From: Histomonas meleagridis 2922-C6/04-290x
Lineage: Eukaryota; Protista; Parabasalia
Direction: 5' to 3'
DNA length: 64,000 nt
Assembly (NCBI GenBank): GCA_020184695.1
Contig: JAANOX010000085.1
Coordinates: 310,001 to 374,000, forward strand
The notes beneath the pieces were generated by a model that was given only the letters and a program-made list of their open reading frames with translations, was not told the origin of the DNA and did no database searches. Each line of letters opens with the position of its first letter. Within the stretch, counting starts at the first letter, position 1. Made by a program: the position numbers and the translations under genes. Positions 63,883 to 64,000 of this stretch are shown piece by piece.

Positions 63883-64000
63883 ATGTCAGTTGAGCCCAGA
63901 TTTCTCGTAGGAACTGAATTTCATGTCGGTGACCTTCGTGTTAAGGAAGTTCTTGATGGTCTCACGCCACAAGAAAGACAATATGCTACTTATCTTACAC
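63883..64000 (+). CDS. Start of a dipeptidyl-peptidase III-like gene (runs off the window)
   Basis: ATG after TCACTTCACTTT initiator-like motifs. MSVEPRFLV....DLRVKEVLDGLTPQERQYATYL resembles the DPP3 N-terminus (L....F..LS..E..YA..L). Only 39 codons visible. Confidence 0.45.
   Translation, partial: MSVEPRFLVGTEFHVGDLRVKEVLDGLTPQERQYATYLT

Overview
AT-rich eukaryotic DNA, most likely a parabasalid (Tritrichomonas/Trichomonas-like). This is inferred from intron-poor compact genes, TCA-type initiators, a CCTTT M5-like promoter, TAAA stop/polyA signals, DUF3447-like ankyrin genes and an IS481EU-like transposon. Housekeeping and trafficking genes: Sec23, Vps33-like SM protein, Sec7 ARF-GEF, TRAPPC9-like, 2 Rabs, 2 degenerate Ras-like GTPases, PNGase, Ub-eL40, divergent TrpRS, cullin-like, HMG-box, F-BAR/SH3, partial DPP3-like, tRNA-Asp(GTC). 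Three decayed DNA transposons: pogo/Fot1 DD35D with TA TSD, Tc1 DD34E, and IS481EU-like with a 15-bp TSD. Also a 23/26-bp minisatellite, a mosaic of gene fragments and a bacterial-looking SnoaL/NTF2-like pseudogene. The standout is the DUF3447-ankyrin family (five copies or remnants). In the two arrays (2001-4306 and 57836-59019) every ankyrin repeat is cut at the same point, the D-x-x-G-x-T beta-turn. The interruption is a conserved AT-rich 80-nt segment that breaks the frame (period 170 nt), lacks consistent GT-AG or parabasalid branch-point signals, carries a conserved hairpin and keeps its length exactly in diverged copies. Meanwhile the ankyrin cassettes vary mainly at ligand-binding positions. 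This suggests an uncharacterised non-canonical splicing, recoding or cassette-rearrangement system; the mechanism cannot be determined from sequence alone. Caveat: several single-base indels fall in homopolymers and may be assembly errors.
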